Assembly: GCA_963825135.1 (NCBI GenBank)
Contig: CAWGRW010000009.1
Span: 416,001-480,000, forward strand
Length of the DNA: 64,000 nucleotides
Reading direction: 5' to 3'
Origin: an uncultured bacterium
GTDB taxonomy: Bacteria; Desulfobacterota_D; UBA1144; Nemesobacterales; UBA2774
Below are positions 9,149 to 18,873 of the stretch, one piece after another. The notes beneath the pieces are model-generated. The model made no database searches. It was not told where the DNA came from and was given only the letters and a program-made list of their open reading frames with translations. Positions within the stretch are counted from its first letter, which is position 1, and each line of letters opens with the position of its first letter. A program made the translations under genes and the position numbers.

Positions 9149-9583
9149 TTCGAACAACAGTTGCAAGCGCGCGCGCAACTGGTCGCCGTTGGTTGATTGC
9201 AAATAACCTGAATCGACATCGTATATAATCCGCGTAAACCAAAACGAGAAATCCGTCTTTCGTCTTTCTCTTCCCGACATTACAGAATTTGCGTTAAGAA
9301 AATCGCGTGTTTAAGCGTAAAGAAATCTTTGAGCAGTCCAATTGAAAGATTTTAGCTTAAACATAAGATTTTTAGCAAATTATGTAGTCGGATGATTTTT
9401 GCTTCTTTTCATCAAGGAAAAGAAGGAATTAAATTAGCCTTTGTCTTTTCCTTCCTTTGCCTTTTCTTTTTCGAATGATCACACTATGTATGTTCATCAA
9501 GGAAAAGAAGGATAAAAAAAATATCCTTTCTCCTTTCTTTGTCTTTTCATTTGACCCACATTCCCTCTTTCGAAAACGAAATA

Positions 9584-10162
9584 TCAAAATAGCCTCCCCT
9601 CCCGGTACGCGTGATATATGGACTTCATGTGCTCGTCCACGCCCGGGGCGAGGAACTGGAGAAGGAGGCATTCGAGCGACGAAACGACCAGGAGCGCGAG
9701 CGCCGCGTAGAAAAACGCCTCGTTGTAACCTATGACGAACGTGTATATGACGAACACGTACGCGGCTACTCCAGCGGCCTTGGTCAGATAGAGGTGGAGA
9801 TTCGCGATCCTCCTGAACTTTATCCACCCGAGGAGGATCGAGGCCGCCTCGATCGCTATCCATGCGCCGAGTACGAGCGCGTGGCCGGTAATGATCTCAG
9901 GCTTAAGCAGCAGGAGAGCGCCCAGGGCCGATATTTCCATGAGCGTATCCGCTATGGAATCGAGCCTGCTCCCGTAAGCCGTGGCGATGTTCCGCCTCCG
10001 CGCGATAAAGCCGTCGAGCACGTCGGTGAGACCCGCCGCGAGGAGCGCGATCCCTGTGTAGAACGGCAGCCCCGATGCCGCGAGCGCCAGGACTACCGGG
10101 ACCAAGAGGAGCCTCGCGAAGCAGAGCAGATCGGGGACTGATTTAAAGGATATGTATTTCAT
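9584..10162 (-). CDS. CDP-alcohol phosphatidyltransferase family protein
   Basis: Signature DVLDGFIARRRNIATAYGSRLDSIAD; multi-TM. Confidence 0.92.
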   Translation of the reverse strand: MKYISFKSVPDLLCFARLLLVPVVLALAASGLPFYTGIALLAAGLTDVLDGFIARRRNIATAYGSRLDSIADTLMEISALGALLLLKPEIITGHALVLGAWIAIEAASILLGWIKFRRIANLHLYLTKAAGVAAYVFVIYTFVIGYNEAFFYAALALLVVSSLECLLLQFLAPGVDEHMKSIYHAYREGRLF

Positions 10163-10318
10163 CCCGGGCAGTGAGGCTTAACCCCCTGATAAAATTGCAT
10201 CATGGTTCCGGGGGACCTTGCCGTTTTATTAGCATGTGCGTCTCTTAACACTCCATTAACACATCTATCCGTCTAATATGAAAGGAATATTAATATGTGC
10301 AGTTGCGAATAAAAACCC

Positions 10319-10346
10319 TTGACAACGCCCGTTTCCTGTTTATATT
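10319..10346 (+). promoter_or_regulatory. Sigma70-type promoter
   Basis: TTGACA-N16-TATATT upstream of AGGAGG RBS and ATG 10379. Confidence 0.55.
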
Positions 10347-10378
10347 GTACATAGAAATCAAAATCAGGAGGTAATACC

Positions 10379-10816
10379 ATGTCAGAAACATCCAAGAAAG
10401 TCGCTTCAAAGGTTAAGGAATTTTCGGAGCCCGCAAAGGAATTTACGGGCCTCGTAAAAGAGAATTATTTAAACGGCCTGGATTTCACGTTCTCGCTCTT
10501 CGAGCAGAACATGAAGGCATTCGGCGCACAGGCGGAGCATATGCTCGGGCTCGAGAAGGAGTTCATATCGAACGTAAGCGGGTTCTACAAGGATTTCCCG
10601 AAGGACCTTCCGTTCGTAAAGGATCTTCCTTATGACGGCAGCGCCAAAAAGGTCACCGAGCAGCTCGACCGCTATATTTCATACCGGAAGGAGCAGATCG
10701 AGACCGTAAAGAGCACGGCCGAGAAGTTCGCGAAGGACGCCCGCACCATGGCGCAGGAAAACATCGAAAGGGCTTTTTCGCTTTTCGGTGAGTACTTCAA
10801 CCTCTTCGGCGCCTGA
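10379..10816 (+). CDS. Helical protein, phasin-like
   Basis: 145 aa amphipathic K/E/A/F-rich helices; strong RBS; own promoter and terminator. Phasin label is by composition only. Confidence 0.55.
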   Translation: MSETSKKVASKVKEFSEPAKEFTGLVKENYLNGLDFTFSLFEQNMKAFGAQAEHMLGLEKEFISNVSGFYKDFPKDLPFVKDLPYDGSAKKVTEQLDRYISYRKEQIETVKSTAEKFAKDARTMAQENIERAFSLFGEYFNLFGA

Positions 10817-10867
10817 TACTCCCACTGTATTTCTCACATCCGGACTCCTAAAAGGTCGATGATGGAA

Positions 10868-10906
10868 TTCCGGGCCGGTGACAGGCTCACCCGCCCGGAA
10901 TATTTT
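10868..10906 (+). terminator. Probable intrinsic terminator
   Basis: TTCCGGGC-CGGTGA...TCACC-CGCCCGGAA hairpin followed by TATTTT. Confidence 0.55.
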
Positions 10907-11033
10907 CCCCGTGCTTCCCGTTCAAGCGGCTGTTTTAATCCGCACCCCGGGATTAGCCCTGCTTCCGAATTTCGATTATAATGTTGCCATTGACCGCCAT
11001 GCCGGTCCAACAAATATCCCCGGGGGTAATAAA

Positions 11034-11315
11034 TTGATCCGCCGTCTTCTCCTTATATCTCTGACCGTCATATCCATCCTCCCCGCCGTATGCTGCAGCA
11101 CGTTAAAGACGGGGAAGGACATCGCCATCGACAACCCGATGAGCGAGTCAAAAAACAAGCAGTCCCTGAACGAGGCGAGGCAGCAGGTCGAGAAATCGAG
11201 GAACGCGCTTGACCAGTGCATGAAGGCGAGCTCGGGCGACCAGTCGAGGTGCGGGACCGAAAAAGCGGCCTACGACCAGGACGTACAGAAATACGTCTCC
11301 CTCCAGTCCGAATAA
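11034..11315 (+). CDS. Small predicted lipoprotein/secreted protein
   Basis: TTG start, RRLLLISLTVISILPAVCC, then a helical hairpin with a Cys pair (C-x9-C). Confidence 0.55.
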   Translation: MIRRLLLISLTVISILPAVCCSTLKTGKDIAIDNPMSESKNKQSLNEARQQVEKSRNALDQCMKASSGDQSRCGTEKAAYDQDVQKYVSLQSE

Positions 11316-11382
11316 GGCGCTGGGAGACGAGACACCGCCCCGGAGGCCATTGAAAGACTGCGCGGAACAAGGAGGGTTCTCG

Positions 11383-11796
11383 ATGAAAGTCTTGTTTTCC
11401 GTTCTTACCGTTTTATTTATCCTCTTTTCGGCTTACGCCTCGTCTGGGGCGGACGCCGGTCAAACTCAGGCAAGCCCCGCCCCCCCTCAGGACGGCGTCC
11501 GGAAGATCGAGATAGTCGTAGACAGCTACTCCTTCGACCCGGACGCCATAACCGTGACCGCAGGAAAGCCCGTCGAATTGACTCTCAGGAGCATCACATC
11601 CCTGGTCCCCCATAATTTCACGATCGACGACCCCGCCTCGGGACTCGACCTCAACGTCGATATTCCCTCGGGCGAAGACGTTACCGTCACGTTCACCCCA
11701 CAGAAGACCGGCAGGTTCCAGTTCTACTGCGCGAAGAAAGGCCTCTTCGGCTCCCATCTGAAAAAGGGGATGAAGGGCACGCTGATAGTGAATTGA
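11383..11796 (+). CDS. Secreted cupredoxin domain protein
   Basis: Signal peptide; SYSFDPDAITV, PHNF, FYC...H...GMKGTLIV (type-1 Cu ligands H, C, H, M). Confidence 0.88.
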   Translation: MKVLFSVLTVLFILFSAYASSGADAGQTQASPAPPQDGVRKIEIVVDSYSFDPDAITVTAGKPVELTLRSITSLVPHNFTIDDPASGLDLNVDIPSGEDVTVTFTPQKTGRFQFYCAKKGLFGSHLKKGMKGTLIVN

Positions 11797-11847
11797 AATT
11801 TCGGGACAATTCCGCGATCTAATCACCACGCTTCACGACGAACGCAT

Positions 11848-12855
11848 ATGGTTAAATTAAGGCTTATAAAAAGGGACGAAAAAATAGCAATAGCCATACC
11901 GACAAAAAACCGTCCTTCCTACCTTGCCGCTTTACTGGCCTCTCTGCTTAACCAAACATACACGAACTTTATGATCGTAATTAACGACCAGAGCGATTCG
12001 CCGGTCGAGCGCGACGACGTGCTGACGGATCTTTTTACGCTCGCAAAGACCGTCGGGCACGAGATTAAAATCATCCGTACTGAAGGCGGCTGGAAAAGGC
12101 ACCAGCAGGCGATGGAAGCGGTGCCGGAATCGATAGAGTTTATTCTGAGGATAGACGACGATATGCTGCCGGACTCAGGTTTCCTTGAAAACATACTGAA
12201 GCCGTTCCGTTTTTTCGCCGACAGGCCGCTGGCAGCCGTGGGCGGATGTTGTCCGGATCCGAAAATGAAAAAGGTAAGCCTGGACGTGAAGCTGACGGAA
12301 AGGTCGTGGACGTTGACTCTTGATGAACTGACATGGAGATTGCAGGGCTACCGCTATTATAATGATCCGGAGGTCGTAGAAGTCGAGAGTCTCATCGGGG
12401 GGGCGATATGTTACCGCCGCGGAGCGGTAGAGGAGGCGGGGGGCTGGGCCGTTGAGGGGTACTCCGACCAGGCCTATCGGGAGGAGAGCGACCTATGCGC
12501 GAGGCTCGTCGAAAAAAACTACACTCTCATGGTCACAACGGAGGCCCTGGCGTGGCATCTTCTCGCCCCCGGAGGGGGTGCGAGAAAGTACCTAAAAACC
12601 CCCGGGGGTAATTTATTGGTATCGGACAAAACCGGTATGGAATCCGACGACAAGCTCTTCAACGAGAGAATGAAAGCCATCCTCGAAAAAAGAGGCCCGA
12701 CTGTGGGCGAGCCGAAGCGTTATAAAATTAGTAATCTGGAGAAAAACGTCTTTGTGGGATCCCCTCTTCGAACTTTAAAGGGGAGAACGCTTGGGATAAT
12801 CGAAAGCAGGGTTCTAAGAAAGTTTAGAGGGCTTTGCCGGTATTTCACAAAATAA
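11848..12855 (+). CDS. Glycosyltransferase family 2
   Basis: IAIPTKNR, VINDQS, RIDDD (DxD), REESDLCAR. Confidence 0.88.
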   Translation: MVKLRLIKRDEKIAIAIPTKNRPSYLAALLASLLNQTYTNFMIVINDQSDSPVERDDVLTDLFTLAKTVGHEIKIIRTEGGWKRHQQAMEAVPESIEFILRIDDDMLPDSGFLENILKPFRFFADRPLAAVGGCCPDPKMKKVSLDVKLTERSWTLTLDELTWRLQGYRYYNDPEVVEVESLIGGAICYRRGAVEEAGGWAVEGYSDQAYREESDLCARLVEKNYTLMVTTEALAWHLLAPGGGARKYLKTPGGNLLVSDKTGMESDDKLFNERMKAILEKRGPTVGEPKRYKISNLEKNVFVGSPLRTLKGRTLGIIESRVLRKFRGLCRYFTK

Positions 12856-12890
12856 TTGCATCGATCGAAACCCGAGACGCGGAGCGTTAC

Positions 12891-13616
12891 GTGAGTTACA
12901 TAACGAGGGTCATTAAACGGGCGGCTAATCTGGCCGGCTTCGACATCCGGAGGCTGGGCCATGATTCGAATGCGGTCCGCGAGCTGGTGAAAGGGATCAG
13001 GCGTTTCGAAATCGATCTTATCCTGGACGTAGGCGCGAACGAGGGGCAATTCGCGGAAGAGCTCCTCTCGCTCGGATACAAAGGCCGTATGGTCAGCTTC
13101 GAGCCGCTTTCAGAGGCCCACCGGAAGTTAGAGCGGGCCGCGGGGCGCTATTCCGGATGGACCGTGCATCCCCGCTGTGCGCTCGGCGCAGAGGACGGCG
13201 AGGTCACGATAAACATCGCCGGCAACTCCGTATCCTCTTCCATACTGCCGATGATGGCCTCGCACGTATCGGCATCCGCGGGCTCGGCCTATATCGGCGC
13301 CGAGAAGACGCCCGTTTACAGGCTGGACACGGCCGCCGCGCCCTATCTGCGGGATGCGCTCAGGCCGTTCCTGAAAATCGACACTCAGGGTTACGAATGG
13401 CAGGTGCTCGACGGGGCGGGCGGGATACTCCCGCGCATGAGCGGCGTGCTCTGCGAGCTCTCGCTCGTGCCGCTTTACGAGGGCCAGCGCCTCTGGCTCG
13501 ATCTTGTCCGCCGCCTCGAGGGCGAGGGCTTTACCCTCTGGTCGATGCACGGGGCATTCACCGATCCCGGGGACGGGCGCACGCTTCAGGCGGACGCGGC
13601 GTTTTTCAGGACGTGA
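12891..13616 (+). CDS. FkbM family SAM-dependent methyltransferase
   Basis: LDVGANEGQF, SFEP, LKIDTQGYEWQVLDGA; GTG start at 12891. Confidence 0.92.
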   Translation: MSYITRVIKRAANLAGFDIRRLGHDSNAVRELVKGIRRFEIDLILDVGANEGQFAEELLSLGYKGRMVSFEPLSEAHRKLERAAGRYSGWTVHPRCALGAEDGEVTINIAGNSVSSSILPMMASHVSASAGSAYIGAEKTPVYRLDTAAAPYLRDALRPFLKIDTQGYEWQVLDGAGGILPRMSGVLCELSLVPLYEGQRLWLDLVRRLEGEGFTLWSMHGAFTDPGDGRTLQADAAFFRT

Positions 13617-13640
13617 GCAGGGGCATCCCCTTCGCCCCCC

Positions 13641-15155
13641 TCAGAACCTGATCTGGAAGTCGAACATGTAATCGGCTTCGGCGATTCCCTTGGTCGGCCC
13701 GTAGACGGGGACCTGGATCGCGACACCGGGGCTCCATTTGTTCCCGAACCTTATGGCCGGAGCGATGAAGAGGTCCGTGCCGCCGCCGGGGCCGTCGTCG
13801 GTCGTGATCGTGTATCCGTCGAACTCGCAGGAGAGAGTGGGCGAACCCGTCATGGGGACGTTAAGCCCCGCGGCCGCGTGGTAGTTGATCCTGAACTCGA
13901 AGTCCTGCCCTTCGAAGTGCTTGGCGTTGAATATGAAGTCCGTGCCCACTGCGCCCTGGATGCTGAAGGGCCCCTTCCACGCCCCCGCCGACAGGTACGG
14001 CGAAACCGTCGCCGCCCGGTAGAGGTACATCGGGAAGTCCCTCCTGTACTTAACAATCTGCTGGAGCCTCTGCTGGTCGTCCGTGAACGTGGTCGGCATG
14101 TACGCCTCGAGCCCCGCCGCTATGGCGAAGTTCTTCGATTTGGCCGCGAGCGCTTTCACTCCGATCAGGAGGTTGCCGAACTCGAACCCGTCCCTTATCT
14201 GCGTATCCCCGTCCTTCACGTTGTCGACGCCGCCGTAGGGCACGTCCGTGTATATGCCCCAGAAATTGCTCTCCGAAGGGAACTCGAGCCTAGTGGGATA
14301 GAGTATGAACTTCCCGCCCACGTCCTTCTTGAGCCTTATCAGCTCCAGGCTGGGCGCCACCCTGCCGAGCGGCAGAGGGGGCTCGAAAAAGCGCGGGTAC
14401 GCGAGATCGAGCGCCCTGCCCTTCGTCGTGGATATGGTGAACTGGCCCTGGTACTGGAACGAGCCCGTTACCGGGTTTATGAGTCCGAAGGACGTGTCCC
14501 GGACGAATAGCCTCGTGGGGTTGGTGATATATGCGGCGACGTGCGCGGCCTTCGAGTCCTGCTCGATGAGCCAGTTGGAGAGCTGCTCCATGCTCCATCC
14601 GAGCGGGATGCCGAGAGCGGGGGTCACTATGAGATCGACGCCCGAGGGCCTGACGGCCCAACCCTCGATGCCGTATTCGAACAGCGTGCTCTGTATGATC
14701 GAGCCCAGGGCGGACGCCCAGACGCTGTGCCCCCTCGCCCTGTAGAACTGGTATGAGAGCATGCCGAAGAACGGGTGGAGCACCCAGTTGACGACGAAAT
14801 CGTCCTGGTCGTTCCAGAGCGGGTCGCTCGTGAGGTTGTGCCAGAAGGTGTGGAACGAGCCGTCGAATATCTTGATGTTCTTGTCCCTCACCCACCAGAG
14901 CCTCCCCGCCCACTGCACGCCGTACCAGATCGCCGTGTCGCCCATATAGGTCTTGAAGCCGGGGGGCCGGAGGTTAGGATTCGGAGTGGGCTTCGGTTTC
15001 GCGTCCCCGACAGGCGTTACGGCGTCGCCCGGATCGTGCGGCTTGCCCGCGTCTTCCGCGGAAAAATTGTCGGGCGGGGTTTGGGCGTATGAGACAACAG
15101 GGGCAGCGAGCTGTATTAATGCCAGCAGAATAAGACCGGCTGTTTTCGCCATCAT
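13641..15155 (-). CDS. DUF3943-domain outer-membrane protein (paralog 1)
   Basis: Signal peptide; PLWNDQDDFVVNWVLHPFFG...YRARG...STLFEYGIE...PSGVDL (DUF3943 pattern); beta-strand-rich C-half ending FDFQIRF. Confidence 0.75.
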   Translation of the reverse strand: MMAKTAGLILLALIQLAAPVVSYAQTPPDNFSAEDAGKPHDPGDAVTPVGDAKPKPTPNPNLRPPGFKTYMGDTAIWYGVQWAGRLWWVRDKNIKIFDGSFHTFWHNLTSDPLWNDQDDFVVNWVLHPFFGMLSYQFYRARGHSVWASALGSIIQSTLFEYGIEGWAVRPSGVDLIVTPALGIPLGWSMEQLSNWLIEQDSKAAHVAAYITNPTRLFVRDTSFGLINPVTGSFQYQGQFTISTTKGRALDLAYPRFFEPPLPLGRVAPSLELIRLKKDVGGKFILYPTRLEFPSESNFWGIYTDVPYGGVDNVKDGDTQIRDGFEFGNLLIGVKALAAKSKNFAIAAGLEAYMPTTFTDDQQRLQQIVKYRRDFPMYLYRAATVSPYLSAGAWKGPFSIQGAVGTDFIFNAKHFEGQDFEFRINYHAAAGLNVPMTGSPTLSCEFDGYTITTDDGPGGGTDLFIAPAIRFGNKWSPGVAIQVPVYGPTKGIAEADYMFDFQIRF

Positions 15156-15409
15156 CCCGACCCTCCCGGACGGTAATTTGCCGAAACCCGGACGGCTCAT
15201 AACGCTCGGGACGAATGTCCCGCCGTCCGGCTCCTGACACATTCTAACAATAATTGACCGGAAATAAAAGAAGAATTATCAGCCGGCGCGATATTCGCCC
15301 CTGCCCGGAGAAATTTCCGGAAAATCAAAATCGTCTCTTGCGCAATGCATATACATCATATAGTTTATATATTAACGGGCGTCCTGCACTCGCGGGCCGC
15401 CGAAAGTGT

Positions 15410-15464
15410 AAAGGAGAAAATACAGGGTCGGGCACATGCTGCCGCCCGGTGTTTTCTCCTTTTT
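15410..15464 (+). terminator. Long hairpin with T-tract; terminator of a possible small RNA
   Basis: AAAGGAGAAAATAC...GTGTTTTCTCCTTT stem closing a GC-rich inner stem. Confidence 0.5.
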
Positions 15465-15475
15465 GGTTCTTTATT

Positions 15476-15566
15476 TTCCCCCTTAGAAAAAGGGGGATTA
15501 AGGGGGATTTAAAAAGAATAAAAGAAAATCCTCCCTGGCCCTCCTTTTCCTAAGGAGGGAATTAAA
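15476..15566. repeat. Second pair of CCCCCTT-N-AAGGGGG-type palindromic repeats
   Basis: 15526-15566 is a near-perfect reverse complement of 7408-7448. Confidence 0.8.
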
Positions 15567-15917
15567 TAAAAAAGAAAAATGAAAGAAACCAACAGGGAGG
15601 GGATTGGAGGAGGCGTTCTTCGACAGGTTCAGGACAAACGGGTTTTTTAAATTCCCAATCGGCGTCAGGAATGGCAGAATACAAAAACGAGATTGCCGCG
15701 CTGCTTCGTAATTTGGTTTCTGTGACTTAGGGGCGAAGATGAAGGGGCTTATTTGCAATCAGTCCGGGGCGACCGATTCGTTTTGCCTTCACACGGTCTA
15801 TGCATGGAATATCGGCATTTGAGTAATCAGCGGGAGTCGGCCTATTTCTCGCATGCTCGAAACAGTACCAGCTCGCAATCGTTGCAATGACAGATTAAAG
15901 GAAAGAATGCGGAAGGA

Positions 15918-17432
15918 CTAGAACCTCACCTGGAAATCGAACATGTAGCTCCACCTGTCTACGGCCTTGTCCACGCCGTAAACGGGGAACTGCACGGCGA
16001 AGCCGGGGCTGTATTTCCTTCCGAACCTCGCGCCCGACGTGACGAACATATCGGTCTTCTTGAACGTATCCGCGGTGAGGAACGAGTACCCGTTGAACTC
16101 GGCGAAGAGCACGGGGGACGCGATCACGGGGAGGTTTGCCCCGACAGCGGCCGCGTAATTCACGTTGAACTCGGCGCTATGGCCCTCGAGCTCGTCCGCG
16201 TTCAGCACCAGAGGGGCCGACACCATCGCCTGCACGTTGAACACCCTGCCCCAGGCGGCGGCAGTGACGTAGGGCGCCGCGGTCCAGGCCTTCTGCAGAT
16301 TGATCGGGTAGTTCCTTCTGAACATGGTCACGGTGGTAAGCCTGTCGATGTTGTCCTTGTACGAGGTCGGGAGTATGACGTCGAGGCCTCCCGATACAGC
16401 CGAGTTGTGCGTCTTGAACATGAGGCGCTTGCCCCCGATAAGCACGTTCGCGAATTCGAACCCGTCCCTCACGTCATCGCCGTTGACGACGACCGCGTTC
16501 ACCCCCGACTGCGCAATCTTCACGTAAACGCCCCAGAGCTGGTTCGACGAAGGGATGTCCGCGCGGAGCGAATAGAATACGAACTGCCCGCCCAGGTCCC
16601 TCTTCAAGTTCACGATCTCGAGGTCGGCCCTGAACCTTCCGAGAGGGAGCGGCTGCTCGATGAAGAACGGGTACGCCAGGTCTATGGCGTCCTGCTTGTT
16701 CGGAGTGAACACTATGGGGCCGCTCACGGACATGAACGTCTTGGTGAACGGGTTGTAGAGCCCGACCTGCCTGTCGGAAATGAAATTCCTCATCGGGTTC
16801 AGTATATGGGCGAGTATCTTCGCCGGAACGAAGTTCGTGGAGGCGAGCAAATTCGAGGACTGCTCGAGCGCGATGCCGAGCGCCGTGCCCACAAGGGGGG
16901 TCGAAATGAGGTCCTGGATCGACGGAGTTTCCACCGTACCCTCGATCGTGTATTCGAACAGCGTGCTCTGGACAACGACTCCGAGAGCGGACACCAGCAT
17001 GCTGTGCCCCATCTGCCTGTAGAAGAGATATTCCACCGAGCCTATAGCCGGATGCGTAACCCAGTTCGTGAAGAAGGAGTCCCCGTCGTCCCACACCGGG
17101 GCCTGCGAGATGTTGTGCCACCACTTGGATAAGGAGGTGTCGAATATCCTGCTGTTCTTGTTCCTTACATAGAAGAACCTGGCCGCCCAGAGGCCCGAGT
17201 ACATTATGGCGGAGTCGCGGAGAAAGGCCTTTACCCCGAGGCGCTCATTCGCCTCCTCGCCCGTGACGAATTCCCCGTCCTTCGCGGGCTCTTCCTTTTG
17301 CGCCGCGGCGGAGCTCCCGGGGACTGAGGAATCGTAGAGGTCCTTTATCTGCACGTCCTCCTGTGCCGCTGCCCGGAGCGCGAAGAGGACGATAAAAAAC
17401 ATAAAAAAATACCTGTAAAGCTCCCTCACCAT
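15918..17432 (-). CDS. DUF3943-domain outer-membrane protein (paralog 2)
   Basis: PVWDDGDSFFTNWVTHPAIG...STLFEYTIE...PSIQDL; colinear with paralog 1 (DLAYP.F.E.PLPLGR, RDGFEF.N); ends FDFQVRF. Confidence 0.75.
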   Translation of the reverse strand: MVRELYRYFFMFFIVLFALRAAAQEDVQIKDLYDSSVPGSSAAAQKEEPAKDGEFVTGEEANERLGVKAFLRDSAIMYSGLWAARFFYVRNKNSRIFDTSLSKWWHNISQAPVWDDGDSFFTNWVTHPAIGSVEYLFYRQMGHSMLVSALGVVVQSTLFEYTIEGTVETPSIQDLISTPLVGTALGIALEQSSNLLASTNFVPAKILAHILNPMRNFISDRQVGLYNPFTKTFMSVSGPIVFTPNKQDAIDLAYPFFIEQPLPLGRFRADLEIVNLKRDLGGQFVFYSLRADIPSSNQLWGVYVKIAQSGVNAVVVNGDDVRDGFEFANVLIGGKRLMFKTHNSAVSGGLDVILPTSYKDNIDRLTTVTMFRRNYPINLQKAWTAAPYVTAAAWGRVFNVQAMVSAPLVLNADELEGHSAEFNVNYAAAVGANLPVIASPVLFAEFNGYSFLTADTFKKTDMFVTSGARFGRKYSPGFAVQFPVYGVDKAVDRWSYMFDFQVRF

Positions 17433-17525
17433 CTCTCCCGTCGATGTCCCGCTAAAACCAGTCCTGATGAAAACAGATTAAATTTGAAGTGATAAAATAC
17501 CCTAAAAATTATACAACCTGAAGAG

Positions 17526-18668
17526 CTAATCCATACCGAGCAATTTTTTCGCCCTCGCCTCCCATGTATAGTCCCTGACGTCCGAGGCGGCCCTTTCGGA
17601 GACGGCGCTCGCGAGCGCCGGGTCTTCGAGCGCCCTTTTTATGCCGGCCGCTATGGCCTCCGGGCTGTCGGGCGGCACGAGGACGGAGTTCACCCCGTCC
17701 GTGAGTATCTCCGAGACGGAGGGGATGGATGTAGCTACAATCGGGCGCCCGGACGCCATGTACTCGAAGAGCTTTATCGGGGAAGTGAAGTCGCGGGCCA
17801 GCGTGCCGCCCCTTATCGTCACGCGCGACGTGTAGGGCATTACGAGGACGTCAGAGGCCGCCAGATAGAGGGGGACAGTCTGGTGGGAGACGTAGCTCGT
17901 GAATTTGATGTTGTCCGCCTTCATTTCACGCGCGAGGTTCCGGCACCGGACCACGTCGCCCTCGAGCCCGCCCACGATGAGAAAGAGCACGCCGCTCATG
18001 CCGGGGGCGATCTCTATCAGGTGCTCCACGCCCCTGCCCTCGTATATGTTGCCTGCGTAGCAGACTATCTTTTTATCAGCCGGCAGTCCGAGGTCGGCCC
18101 GGGCCCGGGCCTTGTCGGGAAGCGACCTGTACCCTTCCAGGTCCACCCCGTTGTGGGCGACGACGAGCTTCTCCGGCGGGAAACCCAGCTTCAGGTATAT
18201 CTCCCCGAGCCCGCGCGAGTTCGTCGAGAACCGCACGAGCCGCTTCGAACGCTTAAACGTCTTAAAAAGCGCGCGCGCGCCCGTAACCGGGGGATGGTGG
18301 GCGTCGTACACAGTGGGCACGCGGAATATGTTCGTCGCGAGCGAGGCGAAGACGATGTTCCTCGTGACGGCCAGATCGAACTCCTTCCTGTGCATCCCGG
18401 CGTAGATAGAGGCGAGGACGCCGTGCGTGATGTTCCTCACGGACGTATTGCCGAAGTAGTGGAACGGGACGATATCGAAATTCGACTCGACCCCGTAGTA
18501 CTGGAAAATCTCCCCGGGCGTACGGTAGGCGGGGGCGAGGAGTGTCGTCGCTACGCCGAGCCTCCCCATCGCCTGGCACATCTTCATGATGTGTATGGCG
18601 CTCGCGCCCCGTGAAAAGAGCTCGGGGCTTCCTATGTAGAATACTCTCGAGGGGGTTGCGTTCGGCAT
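17526..18668 (-). CDS. Glycosyltransferase family 4
   Basis: HNGVD, SPIKLFEYMASGRPIVAT, YTWEARA. Confidence 0.92.
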   Translation of the reverse strand: MPNATPSRVFYIGSPELFSRGASAIHIMKMCQAMGRLGVATTLLAPAYRTPGEIFQYYGVESNFDIVPFHYFGNTSVRNITHGVLASIYAGMHRKEFDLAVTRNIVFASLATNIFRVPTVYDAHHPPVTGARALFKTFKRSKRLVRFSTNSRGLGEIYLKLGFPPEKLVVAHNGVDLEGYRSLPDKARARADLGLPADKKIVCYAGNIYEGRGVEHLIEIAPGMSGVLFLIVGGLEGDVVRCRNLAREMKADNIKFTSYVSHQTVPLYLAASDVLVMPYTSRVTIRGGTLARDFTSPIKLFEYMASGRPIVATSIPSVSEILTDGVNSVLVPPDSPEAIAAGIKRALEDPALASAVSERAASDVRDYTWEARAKKLLGMD

Positions 18669-18873
18669 GTTCGGCCCGGCGCCGCGTCTGTCGGCTACAT
18701 CAAATAGTATATGCGATATTCGGGCGTTGACGAATCCGGCGGGCCGCTTCGGGGATTTTAAGGCCGATTAGAAATAGCCCCGGGCGTTGGATATAATTAA
18801 CCGGCGTTCGGCCGGGGCCGCGCGCGGCGTACGGCCCCGGACGGTGCGGGAAACACGCAATCAAGGGAGCGCA

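Noticed and set aside
10296..10310. TGCAGTTGCG as a PhaR operator upstream of the phasin-like gene
   Set aside because: Does not fit TGC-N3-GCA exactly and occurs once; too weak.
7367..15566. Palindromic repeats as a possible CRISPR array
   Set aside because: Dispersed pairs with no regular repeat-spacer period and no cas genes.
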